Shown here one piece after another: positions 1 through 10,832 of a stretch of DNA of 64,000 nucleotides. The number at the start of each line of letters is the position of its first letter. Position 1 is the stretch's first letter. The notes under the pieces were generated by a model that searched no databases, had not been told where the DNA came from, and saw nothing but the letters and a program-made list of their open reading frames with translations. A program made the position numbers and the translations under genes. This stretch comes from Raja brachyura (lineage: Eukaryota), in the NCBI GenBank assembly GCA_963514005.1, contig OY740809.1:14012001-14076000 (forward strand), given 5' to 3'.

Positions 1-1
1 G

Positions 2-465
2 GTGTGTCACATTAGCAACTCATTTAAGCCTGTTAGGGAGGCTAATCCGGTGGTATATTTACAGACTGATGCAAGCTCCAATGGCTGGGGAGCTACTGAT
101 AATTGCTCTAGTTGTGGGGGCAGATGGGACACCCTTGAGGCATCGATGTTGTTGACTCAAGGGATTAACTATTTGGAGTTGCTGGCAGCATTCCACGGAC
201 TTCGTGCATATTGTTCCAAGCTTGTTGGAGCACACGTCCGTCTCCAAATAGACAACACCACAGCTGTGGCATATTTAAACCATATGGGTGGTACCAGGTC
301 AGTTTCGTGTGACAAATTGGCTAACTCAATTTGGCTCTGGTGTGTTCAAAGAGACATTTGGATTTCAGCTACCTATTTGCCAGGTGAGCTTAATACTGTG
401 GCGGACACCAGGTCACGCAAATTTAATGACAACATTGAATGGATGTTGCATCCTGAGATTTTTCT
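2..465 (+). pseudogene. DIRS-type RNase H domain
   Basis: Motifs LQTDASSNGWG, INYLELLAA, IDNTTAVAY and NTVADTRSR. A frameshift near 465 separates it from the next domain. Confidence 0.92.
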
Positions 466-852
466 AAAGTCACAGCCAAATTTGGTAAACCGGACATTGA
501 CCTTTTTGCGTCACGGTTAAACCATCAGGTACCAGCCTACGTTTCATGGGAACCAGATCCTGGGGCAATAGCGCTAGATGCATTCTCGCTGGACTGGGGG
601 AATTGGGTTTTCTATGCCTTCCCTCCGTTTTGCCTCATCAGTCGGGTATTGGGAAAGATTCAGGCAGATGCTGCCAAGGGCATCCTTATTATACCCGACT
701 GGCCCACACAGCCTTGGTATCCGGTGGTCTTTGACATGCTCAACGAACCTTGGGTCCTTTTGAAGGGTTGCCCACAATTGGTTACTCACCCTGTCTCAGG
801 GGAGCCGCATCCCTGCCATGGCTATTTAAATTTGTTGGCTTGCAGGTTCTGA
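466..852 (+). pseudogene. DIRS methyltransferase-like (Dam-like) domain
   Basis: Frame +1 reads IDLFASRLNHQ...DAFSLDW...YAFPPF...ILIIPDWPTQPWYP, the conserved DIRS1 MT block. Confidence 0.88.
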
Positions 853-859
853 ACAGGCC

Positions 860-1828
860 GTTAGTCCAATACGGCCTCTCGGCTCGGACCATGGATACCA
901 CCAGGGCGTCGTGTCGAGAGTCTACAAGGCGAAGATACCGCTTGCATATTAAGAAGTGGGAAGCCTACTGCAGCCGCTCTCGCATCACGTACGATGACGT
1001 GACAACAACCGACGTCCTGGAATTCCTCGCGGGGTTGCACCATGATGAACACTTAAGTTACAGTGCCATCAACAGCGCCAGAAGTGCGCTATCGTTCTAC
1101 CTCAGTTGGAGGTAGGATCCAACAGGCTAGTGTCCAGACTCATGCGGGGTATATTCAATATGAATCCGCCTATACCACGCTATAATATCACCTGGGATGT
1201 CAGGGACGTATTAACCCTGCTCAGGACGTGGTCTCCCATGGAAGGGCTCCAACTGGACCAACTCACCATGAAGCTGGTGATGTTACTAGCGCTGACTTCA
1301 GCTCAGAGGGTACAGACACTACACAAACTGCGTGTCGACAAAATGACAGCTACCCCTACAGAAGTAGTCTTTTTCGTTGACGAGCTACTAAAGCAGCATA
1401 GACCTGGGTGCACAGGGCTGCAGCTGAAGTTCCCGGCATACCCCGCAGATGCTAGGCTATGTTTAGTCTCACATATCCGCCACTATGTCAAAGTGACGGC
1501 ACGCATCAGAGGAATGGAGAGATACCTGCTTGTCACTCACAAGAGACCTCATCATCGAGTGACAGTCCAGACGATATCCATGTGGCTTCCAGTCGTCTTG
1601 AGTAAGTCAGGTATCGACACTAATGTGTTCAAGTCTCTTTCCACCAGGGCTGCATCGACGTCAAGGGCGAGGGTCATGGAGGTGCCCATGGACCAAATTC
1701 TCGCCACAGCAGGATGGGCTAATGAAGCTGTGTTCCAGCGTTTTTATAACAAGCCTGTTGCTGCTCCTCTACGGTTCGCAGAAGCCGTGCTGAATGCAGG
1801 TCACGAACGTGGAGATGTCCCCGCATGA
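860..1828 (+). pseudogene. DIRS tyrosine recombinase (N-terminal domain ~860-1105 and catalytic domain 1106-1828), broken frame
   Basis: Motifs LSYSAINSARSALS, LALTSAQRVQTL, FKSLSTRAAS (normally HSTR, so His is replaced by Leu) and AGWANEAVFQRFYNKP. Confidence 0.93.
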
Positions 1829-3407
1829 GGGGCTTTGTTTTGTTGTTAATAACTCTGCTCTTGTTTTGCAGTATGAACTATTGAGCAAGTTTGTTCCTCC
1901 CATCCATCCCTGGTAGTGGTGTGTCAGCATGGACGTGGTCCAGGGCGTGTAATCACAGAAGCTTTGAAGTCTTCACGAAGTCACTCACGTGACTCCGAAA
2001 TGAAATAGTAAGATTGAACGAGAACTTACCAGTTCGAAGGTTGATCTTTATTTCATGAGGAGTCGAAGTGAGGGATTTCGTGCCCTCCTCGCCCAACCCT
2101 CAATCACCTTCATCTGGTAATCTTAGTCAATTCAATCATACTATGCGAAGTCATTTCTATTGTTGGTTCTGTGATTCCACGCCGCTACTTTGAAGTATGT
2201 CGAGCATGCGCGCCGGCGGGCTCTTCACGAAATCCCTCACTTCGACTCCTCATGAAATAAAGATCAACCTTCGAACTGGTAAGTTCTCGTTCAATCCTAC
2301 TATTCCATGCTACTGCTTCTGATACAGACAATATGCAAATTTCATCCACCATATCATCAGTGTATAGGCCATGTCACCCAATAGCTACCATTCTCTTTAT
2401 TGCGGTGGCTCAAATGCTTTAAGACTGCTACATCATGATTGCAGCTGGGATATGGAGTGTGGACATCTGCAATTAACTGTCTTTGATCATGCATTCATAC
2501 ATCTCACTACTGAGGAAGAGAAATCACTACTGAATGGAGAGTATCATAAAATGGAGTGAGTGGCACGTGTACTATGAGGAAACCTGTAATCATGATTTTT
2601 CAAGCTTTACCTACTATTTTATGACAAGGGAGATTAAAATATGGTCAGGTCTCTTTGATCAGTGATTTAAAATGGAGATGTTGAAAATATCATCAGTTCT
2701 AGCCTCGAAGAGCCTTGACACATAAAGAACCATAACCACAGTAATAAAGGCCAATGGACCCTTTACCTGTTCTCATGCCGAGGTGTGGCTGAAGCAAAGT
2801 AAAACGGAAGCCTTCTTTCTGAAACACAAATGTCCCACACACAGTTTATTTATTGAGGCTCACAAAGGTGAACCAGATTGTTATTGCCGCTTGCTTTTAG
2901 CAATTGTTCCTGTTGTTCTCATTCTTGCAGTTGTGTTCTACTTGATGCAAAGTGTCCACTAGTGCACCCATGACTGTGAACAATTGGTTTGTGCAGAAAC
3001 TTTGACATCAGGACAAAGAGCTTTGACACCTTATACACCACTCTACAGACAAGCAAAATTAAAACAATATACAAAGTACTAAATACTTGTGGATATATAA
3101 CAAGAGTCAATAGAAATGAGCAACTAATCCTAAGTAATTGATGATCCTTTTATACTGGTGGGTGAGTTTTTCTGTACTGCATTTCAGTAATGGCATACTG
3201 AGAGTATTGCCTGGAGCCTTAAGCTTCACAATGGCAGTGTTATAAGCTGATTGACATCACGATCTGCCACTACCTTCCTCTGGAGGGTAACAGGTATACA
3301 CACATGAATGCTTTCATCAATATGGCATCAAGCATGACCTGCAGTATTTGTGCATTGGAAGTCACTTTAGATTGAATTTGGCTCCAAAATATTGTGCACC
3401 ACGAAAC

Positions 3408-4200
3408 TTTATTTATTAATTTTTTTTTAAAAATATTTTTATTAACAGTAACCAATTATAATGCTTTTAACAACTTTCCAAACGTCAACTTAATTCCATT
3501 ATTTTACAAACAATGCATCAATAATTCTTCTTATACTCTATTTTTTGATATATAGATAGAAAAAGAATAGAACAAATATAAATCATTAAAGATGTGATTA
3601 AATAATAATTTGATTATATATAAGAAAAAGAAAAAAAAAGAAAGAGAACAGAGTTATCAAGAAAAAAAAAACTGATAGAATATTATATATATATATGTAA
3701 ACAGCAATATACATTATCGATAAAACTATTACAGATAGTAATATCCATGAGAACATGCATGTCAATCCCAATGTGAAAATGAGTCATTCCCGCCGAATCC
3801 CGCAGGGTGCCCGTCGAGCCGTGTTGCCAAGAACAGCTACTTCTCTAAATACTGTATGTATGGAGACCACATCTGACCACGAAACTTTATTTTTTTGTGA
3901 CCAAATTCTTTAAACTCTCCTAAAATGTCCACAACGTGTTCTAAATTATGTATCACAGTTTTACATTCACTGCATTTGCAATGGATCCCAAGAACTTCAG
4001 TGAGTTTTCTTTCTTGCAGCAGTATTTTATATCTGTGCACTAAAAGCTTACAATTAAGAGAGATAGATTCCAAAAACTTGAATTTTGATGATTTTTTAAA
4101 TCATTACATGATATGCTTTACTGCATTTACATGCTAAATTCTTACCACTTATTCTATTTGGCCCAGAGTAAATTAAATATGCCGTTACAGTGTTTTAATA
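3408..4200 (-). mobile_element. L1/Tx1-clade LINE 3' fragment (ORF2 C-terminus, AT-rich 3' UTR, poly-A)
   Basis: ORF 3837-4073 ends KFRGQMWSPYIQYLEK*, matching the F..W.P..YL C-terminus of L1/Tx1. An A-rich tail lies near 3410-3440 on the minus strand. Confidence 0.6.
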
Positions 4201-5399
4201 TATTTGTCAGCAGCTGATGCTTGAGGTGAATTATGGGCATGGAATTTCTACCACTGATGAGATTAATCCACAGAGATGGTGCAGCATAGTGTTGGGAAGA
4301 AGAAAGAGCAGACTATAGATGGATGAAATTGATGTATTTATGTAGGAAATGTTTATTCCGCTGCAGTACAGATAACTAAAGACAGGTTCTGCCTGAATAT
4401 ACTAATGAAAGCTGAGGTTCCAGGATGTGAACACATGGCACATGGCCAAACATGGGAAACTGTTCCAATGTTCTGACTTCTAATTTAATCTTTCAGATTT
4501 GGAAACTCATGAACCTAAAACATTGAATCTAATTTACAGCAAGAGGAGGCCAATCAATCCTTCGATGTTTCATCAATCAATAAGATCATGACTTTTTTTA
4601 CTTTAGTACATTCCCTGCATTATCCCTAACCCCTTTAATATTACACTTCAAAACTTCAAGAGAAAGTGGAAACAGAAGTCTATATGCACTATGTACACAA
4701 TGTACAGATATATGTGTCTCATCTGTTGGTGAAATAGGACTACATCTGCTCCTACCTGGGTTCAGAAACTCAAAGGCAAATAATCAAGTAAATCTCGGAC
4801 TCATGAGGAGAAGTAGAATAATAATGGTGAAATCATTAAATATAGGTCAGCTTTGTCAAACAGAAGTTAACTGCAAAGTGTTGGAAACTGTCCCCAGAGA
4901 AATGTTAGACTCAAACTATTGAATGTAAACAGTAACAGTGGGTTTTCACCCCTTTGAAAATGAGGCATGCCATGTCATCGATAAGTCTGGAGGCTCTGGG
5001 AAAGTTAACACATTCTTGGGTTGAGCACGTAAAAAGACGGCATTAATTGAAAAATAGAGAAAATAGAATAGTTGTCAGAGATATGTCCTTGATTCTAGAT
5101 GTTATATTCTCACATAGGATAGAAAAAAAGGGAAGGGACATGGTACTATTTTACCTGTCATCTCTTCCCGGTCAGAACTATTTAGACTGTCTGAGTTTGA
5201 ACAGAAGGAACAACCAATTCAAATATTTTAACATAGCTTGTCCCTCTCACCTTAAACCTATGTCCTCTGGTTCTTGATTGTCCTGCCATTGGGAAAAAAA
5301 CTCTAACTGTCATGCTAACTACAGGATATCCAGACTCTAAGTAACGCTTATCTGAGTGACCCGGCCATGGTTATGCCATTGCATGTTAAAAAAGGAGAC

Positions 5400-6065
5400 T
5401 TTCAACTGTGCTTAATATACTGACTATCATAGGGAAAGTCATCGTAAAGGTCTTTCCAAACTGCCTCTTCTTAGAACCCCTGAATCAGAGTGGAGAAATC
5501 TTCACCATCCAATAATCTGGAGAAATGTAGGGAGCATCACCAGTGACAAGACATGGCTGAAAAATCATTGATTCAGTCAATCTGGAGGAACATTTTCAAT
5601 AGAGGTCCATCTCCATCTTATGTTCCATAACACCATACCGTCCATGATACAAAACAATGGACTTACTGTACAAATGAGCTAATCCCAGTAAAGAAGAGAT
5701 TTGTTGTGTCACTGCTGTAACAAACTTCCCAATCGTTCTCACCTCAAAGCTGCACCTCATCCAGAGGATCTAATCTTTGGAACCATTGAGAACTGATTCA
5801 GCCAATGGCCAGGATATTCTAAATTGAAGGTCACCTGAACCTCAGTTGTTGAGCTGCAGTAAGCCTGTATTGAAACACACCAGGAGGCTGAGCTCCAAAC
5901 CATCATTGACCTGTTGGCTGACACAGCTGAGAGGATGGATCATACACTTAACATTCATAAGACAAAAGTTCTCCACCAATCTGCCCCCACTGCACTTCCC
6001 TTCTCTACACTAATAAACGTCATGGCCAGACTCTGGAAAATGTGGTCCACTTTCCATTGTGAACC
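5400..6065 (+). mobile_element. Old RTE-like LINE RT fragment
   Basis: ELQTIIDLLADTAERMDHTLNIHKTKVLHQ resembles the RTE RT region after the catalytic DD motif. Heavily degenerate. Confidence 0.45.
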
Positions 6066-7947
6066 TCGGCTCATTGCACCTATAAGCCTTACAAGGGCAT
6101 CAGAAGACACACCACTTCTCAAATTACCATCTGCCCACCTCATCAGACATCTTCCGTCCCATCTTTCGAAGGGTCTGTGGTTCCCACAGTCAGTTCATTA
6201 GTCACCTCAGAATCAACAGAACTAGAGTAGAAACAAGTTATCCTCAATTCCACAAAGACTGTCTGAGAAGGAACCAAAAAATAAGTATATTTGATGAAGG
6301 GGCAGATCAGCAACATGAATGTGTGACTCGTAAATATGCGTGGAAAAGAGGGATTAGTGCCATGGAATATAGACATCATAACAAAGGATGTAAAGAAGAT
6401 GTACTATTGGGATGAGTGTCTAGGGAGAAATCACATGCAGAGCTTTGAATAATACATTGTCACTGGTAAGTCAGAGGGGACAGATTTGGTGGAAATAAGA
6501 TTAGCTAAAGATAAAATAAATCGTAGTTTAGAATAAAGGTCAAATCAAAGTAAGGATTCTAGGTAAGTTGCCAAAAAACATACAAAGAAGATAACCATAA
6601 AGTGATGGTTAAAATTTCAGTGAATGGTATAATGAATAAAAGTAAGTGTTACAATGTAGTATCAGTGACAAAACAAGGAACTTGGAGGTAATGTGTGAGA
6701 AGGAACTGCAGATGCTGGTTTAAACCAGAGATAGACACAAAAAGATGGAGTAACTCAGCGGGACTGGCAGCATCTCTGGAGAAAAGGAATGGATGACATT
6801 TCGGGTCGAGACCCTTCGTCAAACTGGTTAGGGATAAGGGAAATAAGATGTAGATGGTGATATGGAGAGATACAGAACAATGAATGAAAGATATGCAAAA
6901 AAAGCCATTGAAAGCTGTTTGTAGGGGTAAAAATGAGAAGCTCCTGCGACTTAGGTGGGGGAGGGATAGAGAGACAGGGAATGCCTCCAATTTGCATTTA
7001 GCCTCACTCTGACAATGGAGGAGACCAAGGACAGTAGGAACGGGAAGGAGAATTATACTGTCCAGCAACTGGGAGATCAGGTTGGTTCACGCGGGCTGAG
7101 CGAAGGTGTTCCATGAAACAATCGCCCAGTCTGCATTTGGTCTCGCCTATGTATAAAAGTTCACACCTTGAACAATGGATACAGTAGATGCGGTTGGAGG
7201 AGCTGCAAGTTAAGCAGGTGCCTAACCTGAAAGGACTGTCGGAGTCCCTGGGAGGAATATAGCCACAGGTTCTGCAGTTGCAGGGCAAGATACATGGGGT
7301 GGGGGTGATTTGGGTGGGAAGGGGTGAAATAACCAAGGAGTTGCAGAGGGAACAGTCTCTCCGAATGACAGAAAAGGGTGGAGATGAGAAAATGTGGCAA
7401 GTGGTGGGATCCCATTGGAGGAAATTTCAGAGGATTATGTGTTGTAAGCGATGGCTGATGGGGTGGAAGGTAAGGACGAGGGGAACTCAGTCTCTGTTGC
7501 GACCAGGGGGAGGAGGAGCAAGGGCAGAGCTATGGGGTACTGAGGAGACACAAGTGGAGGCATCATCTATGATGGGAGAGGGGAACCCTGTTCCCTAAAG
7601 AATGAGGGCATCTCGGATGTTCTAGTATGGTACACCTCATCTTGGGGGCAGATGCGGCATTGACAAAGGAATTGGGAGTCTTTGTGGCTAGTGGTGGGAT
7701 CCCATTGCAGGTGGCGGAAATATCGGAGGATTATGTGTTGTATGCGATGGCTGATAGGGTGGAAGGAAAGGACTAAGGGGATCCGAACTATGTCAAAGAT
7801 ACCTCACATGCCATTTGTCTCTTTAATGACTTCTGCTTTCCGAGCCCCCACTCCCTCATCTTTACTATGAATGTTCAGTCACGCTACACCTCCATCCCCC
7901 ACTAGGAAGGCCTTAAAGCCTTCTGTTTCTTCCTGAACTGCAGAACC

Positions 7948-8662
7948 TAGCAATGTTATAACATTTTGAGATTTTAAAAATCAAGTCTGCAATTTATCCC
8001 ATCAGATAAAGCATAAAAAGAAGTTTAATTTGACACCTAATTCGCTTTCATATCTTCAGTATTAAACATGTTATGGTCATTTTCATACTTTTTTGATTTT
8101 TAAATCTCATATGAATTTATAGGCCAAATTGAAGGAATTTAGTGTTTAATGCCCGTAAATTAATGGCCATTTAAATCAGCTTGCGAGTGGGATTTTATGG
8201 AATGCGATGGATTGGAACGTTGCCGTTGCGGTGAATTTAAACCGCATATTGGCAGGAAAAATACTGCCGGTTCGTATGGGGAATAAATCATCGTTTCGCA
8301 ACGTGAACTGTTGATTAAGGTCATCTAAACAAGCAAGTTTATATGAAAAAATAAACAGCTTTCCTTTACCTGTCCCCTACGTAAAATCCGTCCCTGTTGT
8401 CGGTGTTCATGGCATTAGAAGCAAATTTTTATTTTACACCAGCGCTGAAATAGTCAGGCGATTTAAAAAAAAATTAACTTACCGGCAGTCGGAACGAATC
8501 TCCAGAAAAAGCTCGCACTCCGAGAAAATATAACTCCGGAAGGCAAGGGGAAAACTGCATTTTAACCCTGCCCCCCCCCCCCCCCTCAAAGGTGCCAAAG
8601 TCACGCACACGGCCAGTGACAGAACTGCAGTGCCGCTGAAGGTAAGTTTTGTAACATACCTA
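7948..8662. mobile_element. Non-autonomous DNA transposon (MITE), TAG...CTA termini, 7-bp TSD; internally deleted copy
   Basis: Imperfect TIR TAGCAATGTTATAA / TTGTAACATACCTA. CAGAACC is duplicated at 7941-7947 and 8663-8669. A second copy lies at 48174-49170. Confidence 0.9.
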
Positions 8663-8679
8663 CAGAACCATCCAATTTT

Positions 8680-9459
8680 GTGGGGCCGCTACGAGTCTGC
8701 TGCCCTGCCAGCAGCATGTTCGTCGTTTCTACTTTTTTTGGTTTTTTAGTGTCCAAATGTGTGTTTTAATGTCTTGGTGTGACTTGGTGGTGAGGGGAGG
8801 TAAGTGGGAACCAAACTTTTTCCATGTCACCTCCCTCGCGGCCCAACACCATGGATTGGTACGGCCTTTTCCGGAGTCGGGCCCAGAGTTTCAGCAGCGG
8901 GCGCAGCGTGGACTTTTCATCGCAGAGCCTGGGACCCCTCGCTAAGGATCGCCAGAGAAGAGCTCCGACCGCCGGCCCGTGGCCGATAACATCCCGAAGC
9001 CGCGGTCTGCGGAGCTTCTAGCTGCGGGCGCGGCGTGAACTTACCATCTGGAGCCTCGGTTCCCTCACCGGTGATAGCCAGAGAAGAGCTCCGACCGCCG
9101 GCCTGCGGCCGATAACATCCTGAAGCTGCGGCATCCGGTAGGAAAGCGCCGATTCGGGACTTCCAAGCCGCGGAATGTGTTCGACCGTCCCGACGTCGGA
9201 GTTTCAACTATCCCAACGAGAGGGCCTGTACATCGGGCCGTCCGTAGCGGCGACTACAGAGGTTTATGGCCCCGACCAAGGGTGAACAATGGAGGAGGAC
9301 TGACTGTACTTTGTGCCTTCCATCACAGTGAAGAATGCTGTGGTGGATGTTTGTGTTTAGTTTTATTGTGTATTGTGTGTTCTTTTTTGATTGTACCACT
9401 GGTGGCAAATTAATTTCACTGCACTTATATGTGTATGTGATGAATAAAACGGATTGATT
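8680..9459 (+). mobile_element. GC-rich non-autonomous retroposon with Rex1/Babar-like 3' tail
   Basis: Interrupts the PLE RT frame. The 3' end TTTCACTGCAC..TATGTGTATGTGA.GAATAAA matches the Rex1 tail at 35030-35068. Contains an internal ~55-bp duplication (8951-9005 / 9077-9131). Confidence 0.75.
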
Positions 9460-10804
9460 TCCCTCCACTAACACTCTACTCCGCCTAGCGAAGCTGGTCC
9501 TTACCCTCAACAACTTCTCCTTTGACTCCTCCCACTTCCTCCAAGTCCAAGGCATAGCTTTGGGCACCTGCATGGGCCACAGCTATGACTGCCTCTTTGT
9601 AGGGTACATTGAACAATCCCTGTTCCTAGCGTACACTGGCCTTATCCCCGAACTCTATCTCCATTACATTGACAACTACATTGGTGCCACCTCCTGCACC
9701 CATGCAGAACTCATGGCCTTCATCAACTTCATCACCAATTTTCATCCTGCACTCAAATTTACTTGGACCATCTCCAACACCTCGCTCCCCTTTCTTGATA
9801 TCACAGTCTCCATCACAGGAAACAGACCATGACTGACATCTATTACAAACCCACTGACTACCACGACTATCTCGACTACACTTCTTCCCACCCAGCTTCC
9901 TGCAAAGATTCCCCTCTCTCATCATAGATGAGGCCCCCACTCGGGTCTCCTCGGTAACCCGTAGCTCCGCCTTTGCTCCCTTTCCCCCTGGTCTCAATGG
10001 AGGCAGAGTTCCCCTAGTCCTTATCTTCCACCCCATCAGCCATCGCTTGTAACACATAATCCTCTGAAATTTCCTGCAACGGGATCCCACCACTAGTCAC
10101 ATTTTCTCTTCTCCACCCCTATCCGCCTTCCGCAGAGACCGTTCCCTCCACAACTCCCTGGTTAACTCCCCCCTTCCCACCCAAACCACCCCCTCCCAGG
10201 TACCTTCCCCTGCAACTGCAGCTAATGCAACAACTGTCGCTAAACCTCCTCCCTCGACTCAGTCCAGGGACCCCGACAGTCCTTTCAGGTTTGGCAGAGG
10301 TTCACTTGCACCTCCTCCAACCTCATCTACTGTATCCGATGTTCAAGATGTGGACTCTGATACATTGGCGAGGCCAAATACAGGCTGGAAGATTATTTCA
10401 CAGAATACTTTCGCTCAGCTCGTGTGAACCAACCTGATGTCCCGGTTGCTGGACACTTTAATTCTCCTTCCCTTTCTGACGCAGACCTTTCTGGCCTCGG
10501 CGTCCTCCATTGTCAGTGTGAGACAAAACGCAAATTGGAGCAACAGCACCTCATATTTCGCTTGGGCAGCTTACAGCCCAGTGGTATGAACATTAATTTA
10601 TTTCACTTCAGGTCACCCTGGCATTCTCTCTCTCCCTATCCCTCCCCCACCCAAGTAGCACCAGCTTCTAATTTTCACCTCACAAACAGCTTACAATGGC
10701 CTGTTTACTTTATCGTTGTTACCTTTTTGCGTATCTTTCATTCATTGTTCTTTATCTCTCCACGTCAACGTCAATATCTCATGTTTCCCTTATCCCTAAC
10801 CAGT

Positions 10805-10832
10805 CTGAAGAAGGGTCTCAACTCGAAACGTC
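10805..10832 (+). ncRNA. Minimal hammerhead-ribozyme-like motif in the PLE terminal repeat
   Basis: CTGAAGA-A-GGGT ctca ACTC-GAAA-CGTC: both hammerhead core boxes, helix II and the palindromic ACGT helix III. Confidence 0.65.

Larger units (their letters stand above)
1..2304 (+). mobile_element. DIRS1-like tyrosine-recombinase retrotransposon, 3' part (runs off the window start), decayed
   Basis: Domain order is RNase H, methyltransferase-like, then YR. These are followed by a 79-bp inverted repeat (2004-2082 vs 2226-2304, 1 mismatch) typical of the ICR/terminal repeat, and the element ends in ACTATT. Confidence 0.95.

Noticed and set aside
1106-1828. Phage integrase, prophage or bacterial contamination
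   Set aside because: The YR is linked to RNase H, an MT domain and ICR/ITR ends, which defines a DIRS retrotransposon.
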